Positions 11,538 to 23,562 of a stretch of 54,258 nucleotides of DNA are shown here, piece after piece. Source of the stretch: Nemertoderma westbladi (lineage: Eukaryota > Animalia > Xenacoelomorpha); assembly GCA_032718475.1 (NCBI GenBank), contig JAUCBJ010008687.1:1-54258 (forward strand). The letters run 5' to 3'. The position numbers and the translations under genes were made by a program. Position 1 is the first letter of the stretch; each line of letters starts with the position of its first letter. Under the pieces are notes generated by a model that had not been told where the DNA came from, ran no database searches, and saw only the letters and a list, made by a program, of their open reading frames with translations.

Positions 11538-11668
11538 CGCTGTGCAGACAGTGTCGGCATAACGTTGTGACGACAGTGTCGGCATATCGTTGTGCCGACA
11601 GTGTGTAGATAATGTGTCGAGTGTCGGCGTTACGATATGCCGGAGTTACGTTGTGCCGACAGTGTCGG
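11538..11668. repeat. 25-bp satellite (ACAGTGTCGGCGTTACGTTGTGCCG), left part, split by the LTR element
   Basis: The same unit resumes at 31403. Confidence 0.9.
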
Positions 11669-12882
11669 TGTTCGCGCTTTCAGACCTTTGGCAGTTTAAC
11701 CCACCAAATTAAGATGTCTTCTAGATATTAAATCAGTTTTTAGTCTATGACAAGTATTTGATTCACTACACTAGTCGAAACCAATCCGTGCGCGACCATT
11801 CACCCGCTGGATATTCCCGGGAGATTGGGTTCGACGGTTTAATTTTATTGCTATGTAAGCCTAATGTATTATTCGACTGACAGTATTATATAATCTCTGA
11901 CAATATTATTCACCTTCGGGAATATTAACAGTTCCTTTAGGACGTGGCGCTTTATCTATATAAACAGAGTTATGACTTAAACTACTCACAACGATATGGC
12001 TTAATTATAATTCACATATATGGCGCATTCTTTAGGAATTGCTTCTTTAACAGACTCACTCATACACAATGCTGCACAATACTGCACACTAATCTGCCAA
12101 TCTTCACTGATTTTAGTCACATATAAAAGGAACACAGGCTGACTCATGTAGGGTCTATCAAATAACATTAGATTCACTTCAAACCACTTTAACATAAGTC
12201 ACAATCGTTATTGGTAACCTTTCTCTCTTACCTTCGGTATATCAAGAATATTGGGTTTCGGGGTTATTTATCGTTATTCCAAATATAATAATTCATCAAC
12301 CATATTATGAAGAACTGACAGTAAATAGCAGTATAAAACAACAACTGAACACTGATTGTTATGAGTTTGCAATGTTTCAGCAGTCAGTATGTATGATCAG
12401 TTAGCAGTGATTCCATGAGTCAGGTCAGTTAAAGGATATATGTCCTTATAATTAAACCTACTAGTGTAAAACTAAAAACTGAAAACACGGAGGTGCCAAA
12501 AGCCGGTTCTTAGGCTCTGGGCAAAAACATAACACTGCACTACTGAGTTTCTGTATATACCTCCAACACAGAGACAACAAACGCTCTGATTGGTCAACCT
12601 GAACAACGAGAGAACAAAGAAACAAAGAAACGTCGACGTGGCAATATCAGCTGCTAGCCGTCGTCATGGTAGCGACACTGTTTTCAAAAGTATCCAGCTA
12701 TTGCGTCACGAGATTGTGGATTATGTCCTCTAAAGTACAAATACAGTACAAATACATAAGAAATGACTTTTATGTCCTCTAAAACACCAGTACAGCAAGG
12801 ACACGGCCCTTTTATGCCTGGCAAACCAACTACAGAGTACTTTAAGGGAAAATAACCGGCTAATTACGCAAAAGCTTTTACA
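11669..12882 (-). repeat. 3' LTR, 1214 bp, uninterrupted
   Basis: Matches 25270-25759 + 27725-28007 + 30961-31402 almost perfectly; TG...CA ends. Confidence 0.95.
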
Positions 12883-15800
12883 CCGCTCCCAGAAAATGGG
12901 ATTTAAGTCTATAAAATATAACAAATCACAGTTTCTAAAATATAAAGATACTCTAAACAGTTAGCCTTTCTTACGCAGACGGCGTTTACGCAGTTTTTTG
13001 AGGCTAGCAAGAGTCTTTTTCTCTTTGGGGGGAGCCACTTTACTAGGAGGGCCATAACTCCTGGGTGAAGGGTGCAATATGATTGCATCAGAAGGTGTAG
13101 GATTGTGGTCGAGGTATCTGCCGTTTCGATATGCTTCTCCTCGAGCTGATTTTCCTCCGCTCGTAGCTGGATACGTTCATCCAAAAACTCTCGCAGAGAA
13201 TAGGATCGTCCAAGTTCGATAACTTCTTAGAGATTCTGGATTTCCCAATCGAATTGAGATAAGGCCAATTCGCTCATCGATTGGACTTACTGTTATAACT
13301 TACGTTTATCTGAACAAACGCAGGTTTCCCTTTTGATCTTTATAGAATAGCGTTTAACTCGTTTCGTACAACGCTCTCCTTCACCTTGATGAGGGGTTGT
13401 ATCGCGTTAAACGGGGACGACCATACGGTTGGATAGTGATATTAGGTGTCCGCGTCACAATCCGGCTAGGTAAGATGGGCGGCTAGCTAGAAATCACTGT
13501 CGGAGTGTTACCGATTAATTGTTAGGGTAGCACTAGATCTTTGAACAGTGAATACAGTCCGCGAGGATCCGCGACACTACCAGGATCGCAGGTCTGAGGT
13601 CCAACTAAGGAATGAGGAGGTTTGACCGAGTATTCCGGGACTCTGATCGTAGGTTTACTCCAGGATCGTTCGAGCCGAGTGAGCATAGGTGATACGTCAA
13701 CAAGTTTCGGTTTCCGTGGATGTTTATGTCTTTCCGTTTATTAGTTGGGTCTAGGGCATTTATCGTAATAATACCAAAGACGCACGTCTGGTAAGGTAAA
13801 CGCGGGTGATATTTATTTGTTGTTACAATGCTTCTATCAAGAATTCCAAATATACGTTGGAGTTACCGCGTCCATTTGTTTCTTTAGTGTCTTTTCTTTC
13901 GAGTCGATTTCGAATAGAATTTTCGCATTCGAATTTCAGTTTATGGTTCCGACTCCGCTGGGCAGGATATATAGTCGACATAGTCCGTATTGGGTAAATC
14001 GATAGGATGACCAGTAGTTAAGAAGCCCATATACGTACCATTACGCTGCGTATATCGAGCAACGAATTTTCTATAGTCCAACTCACGCGTGAGCTGCTCT
14101 TGGGACATTGGCGGTTCGATATAACGACCATCGTCCTCCGCAGCAGTTGGACTAACGTCGCCGCGTATTAAGCTATCAACAAACGCTTGTAAAAGTAGAG
14201 TATATCGCTCCCCGATACCAAGACCATCTTCTATCAACTCCGTCATATCTGCTATATATGAGTTTATCCATATTATAATGAGTCCACATTTAGGCGAGCG
14301 GGCGTCGCTGCCTACCCCAATCAACCCCCGGACAGTACGAGATCCTCAGCGCCGATGTGTCGTCGCCGCTGTACTTTCGCCAACGACGTAGCCGCACAAC
14401 GACAACGACAACCGGCACAAGTCACTCAACTGTCCGTCCCAAAGGCTTAGATGTACTTCAGGTTTTCCTTGGAGAGTTAGGTTACTTTACGATTGCGACT
14501 GGCTACTGTAAACACACCTTAGTAGTAACATTCGCCTATAAGCTCACAAGTACCACACACACAACTTGTCACAAATTACACACACTCGGGTCACTTGTCC
14601 GTTAGTCAATGCCTTCCAGAATGTCACTGTATTATTATGTATCCTTGGATACTAGTAGTGCGCTATTTATTCCCTATGCTATTCAATGGGACAAGCTTTC
14701 TATTGTTCGTTTAACTCAATTCTAATTCTAGCGTGGTTGTTGCTATGGTGACATTATGCAAAGCTAGCGGTAGAATTAGGGTGATTCCAATGCATACAGA
14801 TCTGGGATGTTATTTAATAGTATTCTTTAATAGTCAATGTTCTGTTTTATACATGACTTTATGAATTTTATCGGCTATTGACTATGTTTGGGAGACTTTC
14901 ACACACTCATACGCATGATAAGATAAATCTCCGCTCCCTTGATCTATTAATTAATGGAATCTTGGGAACTTTATAAATTGCGTAAAAATGGCAATTTATT
15001 AAATTCATTAAAAGGCATGAATTTAAATTTATTCCCTGAAATTTTATTATTTGATAATTAAATGGACATATTTTGATTCTAGAACTTGTCTAGGGACACA
15101 AGATCCTTAATTCTAAGAAAACTGTCTCTTTAAGAATATCGGTAAATGCTACGATATCTTAATTGACTAGAATTGTTGAAGGATCTGAATTTTACAGATT
15201 TTGATTTATTAGATTTGCAAATATTAAATAATTAATATTTGAGATGGGCACCAATTTATTCCAGAACTTGTCTGGGGACGTTAACCACTGATTCTAGAAT
15301 TTGTCTTTCAAGTATATCGGTGGGTGCCGCGATATCTTAATCGACTAGAATTACAGATGGTCAAAGGGTTTAACAGATTTATTTTGCGTTATACGCTACT
15401 GTTAAAGGGACATCACGCTACTATATGTATTATTTAATATACGGTATGAGAGCAATATCGCACGAAGCAATGTCAGTGTGAAGAGGCAAGTCGTTTCCAA
15501 GGTCTACCCAGAGCTTGGTTTAGCCGAGACACGAGGATCTGAACTTTGCATTCCTAATACTCTGCCTACCAATAATACTAAAATATAGTAGTGGCTTTAT
15601 TGTACTTTAATAAGTACGGACATTTCATCTTACTGTAGTTACGTATTTATAATATAATACGGACAGTAAGGAAAGAGAAAAATAACTATTTCTTCGCCGT
15701 CGCACTAAATATAATATAAGTAAGTATGTACGTAATAAACACGAATATATTGCACTATTCTACAAAATAATCGCTAAATAATATTCTACTAAATTAAATA

Positions 15801-15896
15801 AAACGATTATAATAAAATTACATAGTAATACATACATAAATGTAAAATAATAAAATAATATAAAATAATAGAGTCATACACCCACTCCATATGTTG

Positions 15897-18800
15897 TTAC
15901 GTTATGGAGTCCCTAGATGTTTGAAGGATTAGGGAGGTGGTCGTGGGAAGAGAATCTTGCCTTCCACAGTTTCCGGAGAGTCCTCCATTCCCTTCCGGTA
16001 AACACAAACGACCGACTGGGTGATTGAGTCGCTGCATCCCGAATACAATTCCAGGTTTCCTCTTCGTCCTGGAATAGTGACGATAGAAACATCGCTCAAA
16101 GTATATGACGGCGTCACAAAGCCGATTCCAGGAGCTATAGTGGTCCGTCGTTCTCTGCAGGAGAGGTGAGAGTCCCTGCGAGACGTCTGATGTTCCAGAG
16201 CTCCAATCGCTCTCTCTGATCTTCATGAAGGATCCACTCGCGGAGGGGAGGCCCAGATCCACGGCGTCGTCCCTGGCAACATGTAATACCGACAGATCTA
16301 TCCCGGGTTCAAATAACTCCGATCCACCCGTCCGGGTTTCAGGTTCGACTTTCTCCGCTCCCTTGGCTGGTCTAATCTCAGTCGGAGTAAGATGGGGAGG
16401 CCATTCATTCTCCTTACTCAGGAAGTCGGGTTCACCTAACCGGTCTATAGTATCTGTCAGTTCTTGAGGAGTTGCTCCTCTGGAAGCGATGTCCGTTGGA
16501 TTAAACTTCTTGGGGCAATATCTCCATTGATCTACATTGGAGCTAAGATTGTCATTATCTGAGGAGTGTGGTGTTCCCTCAGTTGGGTCGTCTCCCTCAC
16601 TAGTATCATCTTCCCATTCACTCACCTGGCAGACGCGATCTTGAAGCAGTCTTTCCCTGAGCGTTCTACGGGAAGGTCCAGTAAGGTACCAACCTACTCT
16701 AGTTCTTACCGCATAGGTCTGTAGTGGCTGCGGTTGAGCAGGCCGTTTCTCTAATGTCTCCAGCGCCTCATGCGCGTTTTGGCCGATGAGTATTTGCACT
16801 CCAGGATAATCAGTCTGGAATCGAGGTATGTTAAGATGTTGGATGCTCTCATCCTCGTCCCAATTATAAAGGTCTGCTTGAGTAGTAGCGAAGTTCTTTA
16901 TAGCCACCATTTTCACTGACCTTATGCTGTGTTCTCCTAGTTCGTCCTGGGGGGTGGACAACGCTCCTACATAATAATCAGCTGTTATTGTAGATTTCCA
17001 AACTTGCATAATGCCTGACATGTTGAGCTTAGTTTGGAGCTTGGGTTGTCCAGCAAATATATCTTCGGCTAACTCTTTATCGATGAATGTTCCTGTGCTG
17101 CCGGAGTCCAGGAGGGCGTTCACTACATAACTCCTCTTAGGTCCGTGAACCCTTACTTGCACCACAGGAAACTCTCGGATCCCTACATTGGAAGATGTCT
17201 CTTTCCAAGGTGGTTGTCGTTCAGAAGTAGTTAGAGTAAAGTCGTTCTCTGTATCTTTTTCATATGTGAGTGCTCGATACACTGCGGTATTTATCATGTA
17301 ACAGGATTCGTTTTCGTCGGAGAACTCGTCTGTATAGAATCCTTCCATCTCAGATTGATCAGTGTCGTTCACATCACTGAATTGGACATGTAGCTCGGAA
17401 TCACTTACCTGATTCGGACTATTTCGATCGAATTCAGCGTGCAACAAGATATGATGTTTCGCACCACACTTTGCACACCTTATGTCAGAGAAACAGGTTC
17501 GCCGTTGGTGTCCTTGTCTGAGGCAATTATAACATAACCGCTTATCCCACATGACTTCGCGTCTCTCCGTTAATGATTTCTTTAGAAATTCATCACACCT
17601 ATTCAAATAGTGGGTCCCGTCGCACAGCGCACATTTTGGTTTGATGTTACTTACCTTATTTTGAGTCACATTGTGTACACTTGCCCTTTCTTCGGGCTTT
17701 CTCACCTGAATTCTCTTGGGAGACGTAGGAGGAGTTTTTCTTACCTGTTCCCTCCTGTCATTTGTTCGAGACTTGAATTTACTTACCTGCTCTTTAGGCA
17801 TTTTATTCACGTGATAAGATCTATCCGTGTCCTTCCCGCTATCTTCTCCTTGAGAAGTCTGGCTTTCGCCGTCATCGGTATAACATACTGGTGTTATTTT
17901 TCTCCTAGAGACGGGTTTTTCACTTACCTTGTTTTCCGGTGTTTTCTCCCTAGACAGTTTCAGGAGCTGTAATTTCACTTCTCCATCCAGGAATGACATG
18001 AGATCAGCCATGGTAGGGTCTCGCTGTTGTTGTTCCATCATATATAACACTTTCTTATCCCAGCGTGTACCTACTCCACCTTTAGGTAAAGTAGAAGCCA
18101 CTGCTCTAATAACCATAGTGTTCTGATACTCATGAGACTTACCTAGCCAATCTAATTGTCTGCAGATCTCCTGGATCTCATCGGAAAACTCGATAATTCC
18201 GCTACTAATAAACTTTCGGGGCGCTACTAACTTTGCATACAAGTACCCAGCGATATTATTCCTATTACCATACCTGATGTTTAGTGTATCCCAAACTTGT
18301 CTTAATCCGTCTGGATGTCCAATAAACTTTAACGCCATTAACTTGGGAGATCCTTCCAAGCACTCGATGAGGTATCTAAGTTTTTCTCCATTAGATAGTA
18401 CAGAGTTCTGTATGTTATCTTTATAATATTCATTAAAAGGTAACCATTTCATCTCATCTCCATTGAACTTGACGATCTCTCCAACCTTTACCGCTTGCCG
18501 GGCTTCGGTTCTAGCCATTTGACGCGTAAAACTTTCTTGGGCCATCGTGCTATTTAATATCGAGTTATCGGTATATAAATTTCTCGGATTATGATCCGGT
18601 CTATAGGGAATATCACTATCAACAGGTATATAATTACCCTTAATAGGGTTCACTATAGGAGTTTCTACTTCGCTAGCAGTATAGATGCGTGTAGGCTCCA
18701 CACCTTCCGCATGAGATACTTCAGACCTAACGGGTTGACACATTGTTACAGAGGGTGGTGGTATACCCTTTTTTAAGTTTACTAATTTATCGCGTTCTAA

Positions 18801-20906
18801 CGCGATACTTTGCTGCACTTCTTGCAACTCTAACTTACTTTCCCTCACCGTTCCTTTTAAATGTTGGACAGTCCCTTCCAACTCTCGGACCTGTTGGGAA
18901 GAGCGTTTCCGATTCTCCTTCATCTCTTCTAGGAGAATATCCATCCCCCGCCGTCTCTCGTCTACCCAATCAACCGCCGAAACGGGATCCGCCAACGTCG
19001 TAGCGGGCAGACGAGGGACAACGGGCGACAAATTTGGAATATTTCGCTCGGGGTCCAGGACCTGAACTGTCTCCTGGGCAGTTCTACGGGGCACAGGTAG
19101 CTTAGTGCTATGCAGAGGGAATTTATAGGTAGCTTCAGGGAGCCCGGGTGTGTCTATTACCGAAGGGGTGATTTCAAGAACAGGCCTACTTATTTCAGGC
19201 TCATCTACTATAGTAGGGAGTCTTTCTATTGTAATTATTTGGTCTGTGGGTTCTGTACTCTCTAAGTTGGTGTTATTTAGTTGCCTTCTAACAGCTGGAG
19301 GCAAATCAGGCAATTTCTGACGGTGGAATGTTCTTTTACGTCTGCTTAGGCGGGATCGATTTCCTCCGCCTTCAGCGTCGGTGGTATCGCCTTCCTCAGA
19401 TGATGTATACCCCTGTCTCTTGGGAGTAGATCGACTCATCATCTGCATATTGCTCGCTGTTAACTGTTTATTGAAGTTGTCTTGCTTCTCTTGAAGATTT
19501 TCCAACTCTAGTTGGGTTGCCTCTTCAGATGCCCTCCGTTCTGCTTCTGCCACTGCCTCTGCTGTTTTTCTTTCGGCTTCTGCCGCTGCCACTGCTGCTG
19601 CCGCTTTCCTTTCCGCTTCGGCCTCTGCCACTGCCACTGCTGCCTTTCTTTCCGCTTCTGCCTCTGCCACTGCTGCTGCCGCCTTTCTTTCCGCTTCTGC
19701 CTCTGCCACTGATGCTGCCACTGCCGCTGCCTTTCTATCTTCTATACGTTGTTTCTTTAATTGTTCTTCTTGGTCTCTAGCGATGCGGAGTTGTTCATCG
19801 AATTTAGCTTGGTTCGCCGCTAACCTATCCACATCAATTGCATCCAACACACGCTGGGCTCCTTCACTATTAGGGCTAAGCCCATCTAGTCTTCTCCGCA
19901 ACTCTTCATCACCTACGAAACGCTGATAGTCTGACAGATAGATGTCAATGGCATCCCTCTTATGCGGTTTCTCTGCCGTCGCTTCACTTTCCACTTGGGA
20001 AAAAGTAGCGTCTGTTGATTCTCCATGGGTTGAGCGCTCCTCCAACTGAGCTTTCCACTGAGCTGCTCCTTGAACCTGGCGACTCACCCGTTGAAACCAA
20101 GTCTTTACGGCAACTTGCAACGACGTGTCTTGTTTTCTTTTAGAAGCCTCCTCAAAGGCGGATAAGATTAGCCTAATCCGCAGAACTCTTTCTCTAACTT
20201 GATAAAGCAGCGATCCCTGCTCTTGAGGTCCTTGAGGTTGTTGAAAAAGTTGCTTTTCTATTCGCTCCATAGAGCTGAAGAATCCCTGTGCGTATCCGGC
20301 TGCGGACCTCTTCCACACAGCTGGATCGATGGTTTCCTTGGCTACTCCCATCCGGTGTATGTCTTCCCAGGCAGCTTCTGATAAATCAAACGGGAGTCCG
20401 GGTCCGGGGAAGTTCCATTGCGACTCGACAATAGACTTCAGTTCTTCACTAGTGTATCCCGCGTAACTATCTCTAGTTGTCCGTTGACTTCTCGCCCAAT
20501 CGATCTGGTGTTCTTCCACCGCGATCAATAACCCAGCGAGCACGGCTGCAGGAAGGATGAGAAGGGGATCCGTATAAACCGCATCCGTCATCTCTGCTCC
20601 GCTCTCGGGTGTCAGCTCTACAGTATCCTCACTACTGGAGCTGCTGGGCCGCTGAGGAATAAGTTCTTGACTAACGGGTTGTTGCTGTTCCGCTGCTTCT
20701 TGGTCCCGCTTGACCTGAGCTCGGGTGCCTATGATAGACCTACGATGTTGGACTAGCCTAGGTTCTGTTATTACTACTGGAGGGATGACCTTCCTCACAG
20801 TGGGAGGTGAACTGAACTTACGACCAGACGGTTGTACGTCTCGATCTGAGTTGCAGATAGTTACATCTAATAAACTGTCTGACAGGTTCTGCTTAGTATC
20901 AGACAT
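15897..20906 (-). CDS. BEL/Pao Gag-aspartic protease polyprotein (1669 aa) with in-frame loss of RT, most of RNase H and integrase
   Basis: DUF1759-like capsid region (KFNGDEMKWLPF...EKLRYLIECLEG). Three Zn knuckles (CALCDGTHYLNRC, CYNCLRQGHQRRTC, CAKCGAKHHILLH). Protease ALLDSGST and YAVRTRVGW. After that only vestiges: WRYCPKKFNPTDIASRG, YSSWNRL, HPVGRLCL. Confidence 0.92.
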   Translation of the reverse strand: MSDTKQNLSDSLLDVTICNSDRDVQPSGRKFSSPPTVRKVIPPVVITEPRLVQHRRSIIGTRAQVKRDQEAAEQQQPVSQELIPQRPSSSSSEDTVELTPESGAEMTDAVYTDPLLILPAAVLAGLLIAVEEHQIDWARSQRTTRDSYAGYTSEELKSIVESQWNFPGPGLPFDLSEAAWEDIHRMGVAKETIDPAVWKRSAAGYAQGFFSSMERIEKQLFQQPQGPQEQGSLLYQVRERVLRIRLILSAFEEASKRKQDTSLQVAVKTWFQRVSRQVQGAAQWKAQLEERSTHGESTDATFSQVESEATAEKPHKRDAIDIYLSDYQRFVGDEELRRRLDGLSPNSEGAQRVLDAIDVDRLAANQAKFDEQLRIARDQEEQLKKQRIEDRKAAAVAASVAEAEAERKAAAAVAEAEAERKAAVAVAEAEAERKAAAAVAAAEAERKTAEAVAEAERRASEEATQLELENLQEKQDNFNKQLTASNMQMMSRSTPKRQGYTSSEEGDTTDAEGGGNRSRLSRRKRTFHRQKLPDLPPAVRRQLNNTNLESTEPTDQIITIERLPTIVDEPEISRPVLEITPSVIDTPGLPEATYKFPLHSTKLPVPRRTAQETVQVLDPERNIPNLSPVVPRLPATTLADPVSAVDWVDERRRGMDILLEEMKENRKRSSQQVRELEGTVQHLKGTVRESKLELQEVQQSIALERDKLVNLKKGIPPPSVTMCQPVRSEVSHAEGVEPTRIYTASEVETPIVNPIKGNYIPVDSDIPYRPDHNPRNLYTDNSILNSTMAQESFTRQMARTEARQAVKVGEIVKFNGDEMKWLPFNEYYKDNIQNSVLSNGEKLRYLIECLEGSPKLMALKFIGHPDGLRQVWDTLNIRYGNRNNIAGYLYAKLVAPRKFISSGIIEFSDEIQEICRQLDWLGKSHEYQNTMVIRAVASTLPKGGVGTRWDKKVLYMMEQQQRDPTMADLMSFLDGEVKLQLLKLSREKTPENKVSEKPVSRRKITPVCYTDDGESQTSQGEDSGKDTDRSYHVNKMPKEQVSKFKSRTNDRREQVRKTPPTSPKRIQVRKPEERASVHNVTQNKVSNIKPKCALCDGTHYLNRCDEFLKKSLTERREVMWDKRLCYNCLRQGHQRRTCFSDIRCAKCGAKHHILLHAEFDRNSPNQVSDSELHVQFSDVNDTDQSEMEGFYTDEFSDENESCYMINTAVYRALTYEKDTENDFTLTTSERQPPWKETSSNVGIREFPVVQVRVHGPKRSYVVNALLDSGSTGTFIDKELAEDIFAGQPKLQTKLNMSGIMQVWKSTITADYYVGALSTPQDELGEHSIRSVKMVAIKNFATTQADLYNWDEDESIQHLNIPRFQTDYPGVQILIGQNAHEALETLEKRPAQPQPLQTYAVRTRVGWYLTGPSRRTLRERLLQDRVCQVSEWEDDTSEGDDPTEGTPHSSDNDNLSSNVDQWRYCPKKFNPTDIASRGATPQELTDTIDRLGEPDFLSKENEWPPHLTPTEIRPAKGAEKVEPETRTGGSELFEPGIDLSVLHVARDDAVDLGLPSASGSFMKIRESDWSSGTSDVSQGLSPLLQRTTDHYSSWNRLCDAVIYFERCFYRHYSRTKRKPGIVFGMQRLNHPVGRLCLPEGNGGLSGNCGRQDSLPTTTSLILQTSRDSIT

Positions 20907-21226
20907 GACTAGGTATGTACAGTTGAATGCCTACTGCTATATTACAGTCTAAGCAAGTCTAGTAACTCAGTATGAACTGCTAGCCTAGTAATTAATTACC
21001 GTTACTGCTACTCAGTGTAGCGTGATATATATATAATATATTAGAATACCGGTATACTTATAGTATATATAACTATATAAGTATTATTACAGACTAGGTT
21101 TATCACAGAATACCGGTATAATTTTAGCACAAATATATATAAATATATAATAGGCCTATCGGAATACCGGTATACAGCTTACAGTTTGTAGTATATATAA
21201 TTCTGGAATAGAATTAATTACAAGTA

Positions 21227-21640
21227 CAGTTAGGAACACTGGTCACTTTCTGGCTGAAGCTCAGCCAAAAATTGTCCACATATTTACAGCCAGAAAGTGT
21301 CCGTGCAGCCACTATTTGTCCTTCACAGGCTGCGATTATATTTCCGGACATATTTTGGCTGTAACTCCACTAGTACCCAAAGCAGAAGCTGGGCACATTT
21401 TTATTTTTAATATTATGATAGTTATCCCAACGATGAGATTCTAGTTCTCAAATTAATTTATACAGAATTTTATGGCGGTTCTAATGGCATAATTTTTAGA
21501 ATGCCAATGTTAAAATTTCACTGCCGGTTTTCAAATGAAATTTAGCATTGTTTTCAATGGAGAAATTTCACTCTGAGAGCGTTTTCCGCGGACACATTCT
21601 GGCTGTAAATTGGACATATTGTGACCAGTGTTCCTGACTG
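21227..21640. mobile_element. MITE with CAG...CTG ends and 5-bp TSD, superfamily unassigned
   Basis: 20-bp TIR CAGTTAGGAACACTGGTCAC / GTGACCAGTGTTCCTGACTG (1 mismatch). AAGTA at 21222-21226 and 21641-21645. Subterminal TGGCTG/CAGCCA and GGACA repeats. Confidence 0.8.
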
Positions 21641-22343
21641 AAGTACCGGTATAATTTCAGCCTAGATTTATAGAAATAAGATAATAGGCCTATCGTAAAT
21701 ACCGGTATATCAATTATTTTGGAATAATTGAATTTCTGAACTTTAGGGTTACTTGGTTACTTTAACTTACTTTATTACCGTTATTTAAGCAGTAATCCAA
21801 CTGATATTGAGACCTAATGGTTGTATGGTAGGCCTACTATTTATAAATCGTTAGATTTGATTTATAATATATATATACCCGTTTTAATGGGTTTAGTCAA
21901 TGTTTGAAATAAATGTTATTATTTCTGGGGTAATCACTACACAAAGCGGTGCGCTTTCAGTGAAGTGTTACGTATAGGACACTAAAACAAATAATTCTAA
22001 TTTACCTAAGTTACTTAATACTACAAATTACGTACAATTCGGGTGAGATTACAATCTCTAAATAAATGCAAAAATTTACAAAAAACACAAAATACGAATT
22101 TTTAGGGTAATTTTACAAGAAGTCTACAAACCAGCCTAACAAAGGGTTAGAAAACTGGTTATTACAACGGACAGGGTACTGCGGTATTTGAAAATAATAC
22201 GTAGTAGTAAATACACTGCGTTGTCCAGATAGGAAAATACCACCGCCTGACGACCTATAGCCGTATCGCTATAGGTTCTACGTTATGTATCACGGAGTGT
22301 TCCTACCTAGAAGTTAATAGAGCTAATCGAATGTGCCTATCAA

Positions 22344-23222
22344 CCAGGTTGGAATTCATGCTGCAAAACTCGGACGCGTACCTGCGCGAATGACCGCAAA
22401 CCAGATGCGCGTTGCGCGTTTGGGTGAGACAGGCAGACAGGTGCGCGTTCGGGTGAGACAGGTGCGCGTTGCGCCTCAGCGCGCAGCTCTGCCTCTGATG
22501 CGCACCACAAATTAATTGAAATCACGAAAATACACAAAAAAATTTCGCTCGCTTCGCTCGCATTGGTTTCTCATTTACACTTCTTCAAACAGTCAAATCA
22601 CTTCACCATAATACTGTAATACCGACAACCGGAGCTGAATTTGTCTATTTGTTTTAACTACAGTACTCTATTGTTGTATTGTTATTAGGTCTATGCTATA
22701 CCGATGTTACGTTTGTAGTAAACAGGTAAAGTCAGAAAGTAACAATGTATTATAAGTATGACTTAATTATAAGCCAACTGTATGTTTAAGCCTAATTGTT
22801 AGGTAGGCCTATACAAAGCTGCAAAGTATTACTGGCAGACTGGTACCTATTTCAATATTCGTTTTTTTGAAATTACATGTTTTGTTTGTAATCTAAAATA
22901 ATATTTTCTGTTATAAAAGCAGTGAGCCCGATGGGCCACCATAGTGAGTGGTGGATTATAAAAATATTTTTTAATATTAACATTTTGGTGTTGCAAAAAT
23001 TACATTTATTATGTAAGCCTAGACAGACAGACAGGCAGACGTTTGTAAAATAGGAATGTAAAATTGTTCTTATGAACTGTGTGATTTTTTGAGATATGCA
23101 TGACATGAGCTGCGCGATTTTGTATGGATTATGATGAGGTGCGCGACGAGCCAATTTCAGGTGCGCGGTGATTTCAAAACAACAAAGCGTACCTGCGCGC
23201 TCATGCATGAATTCCAACCTGG
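22344..23222. mobile_element. MITE (hAT-like)
   Basis: 18-bp perfect TIR CCAGGTTGGAATTCATGC. TSD CCTATCAA (22336-22343, 23223-23230); equally parsable as CAG ends with a 10-bp GCCTATCAAC TSD. Confidence 0.85.
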
Positions 23223-23562
23223 CCTATCAACCACTTTACAACACAAATATAATGCCTACACTAATTATTTTCGGAAAGCACTGTACACTAAACCCTAAAT
23301 TAGGTACGAGTACTTGTACAACAGATAATCAGTAATTAAATATACTTGAACAGCTAAAAGAACCACGGCATCTGCTGGAGTGACCGATGCACAAAATCAC
23401 CAGTCTTTACCTACGCCAAGCAGCCCGTGTAGTACCGAGGTTAATTTAACTATAGCGGTATGTATAACAAACACAATTACTGTAGGAACAAACTTGGGGA
23501 CTTGAATGTTGCGAATAATCGCATAAACTCTGAATAATAAATATTACGCTACGCGTACAAAC

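Noticed and set aside
11944-12126. Identical 60-aa ORF at 11944 and 25545
   Set aside because: A consequence of the LTR duplication; GTG start, no motif.
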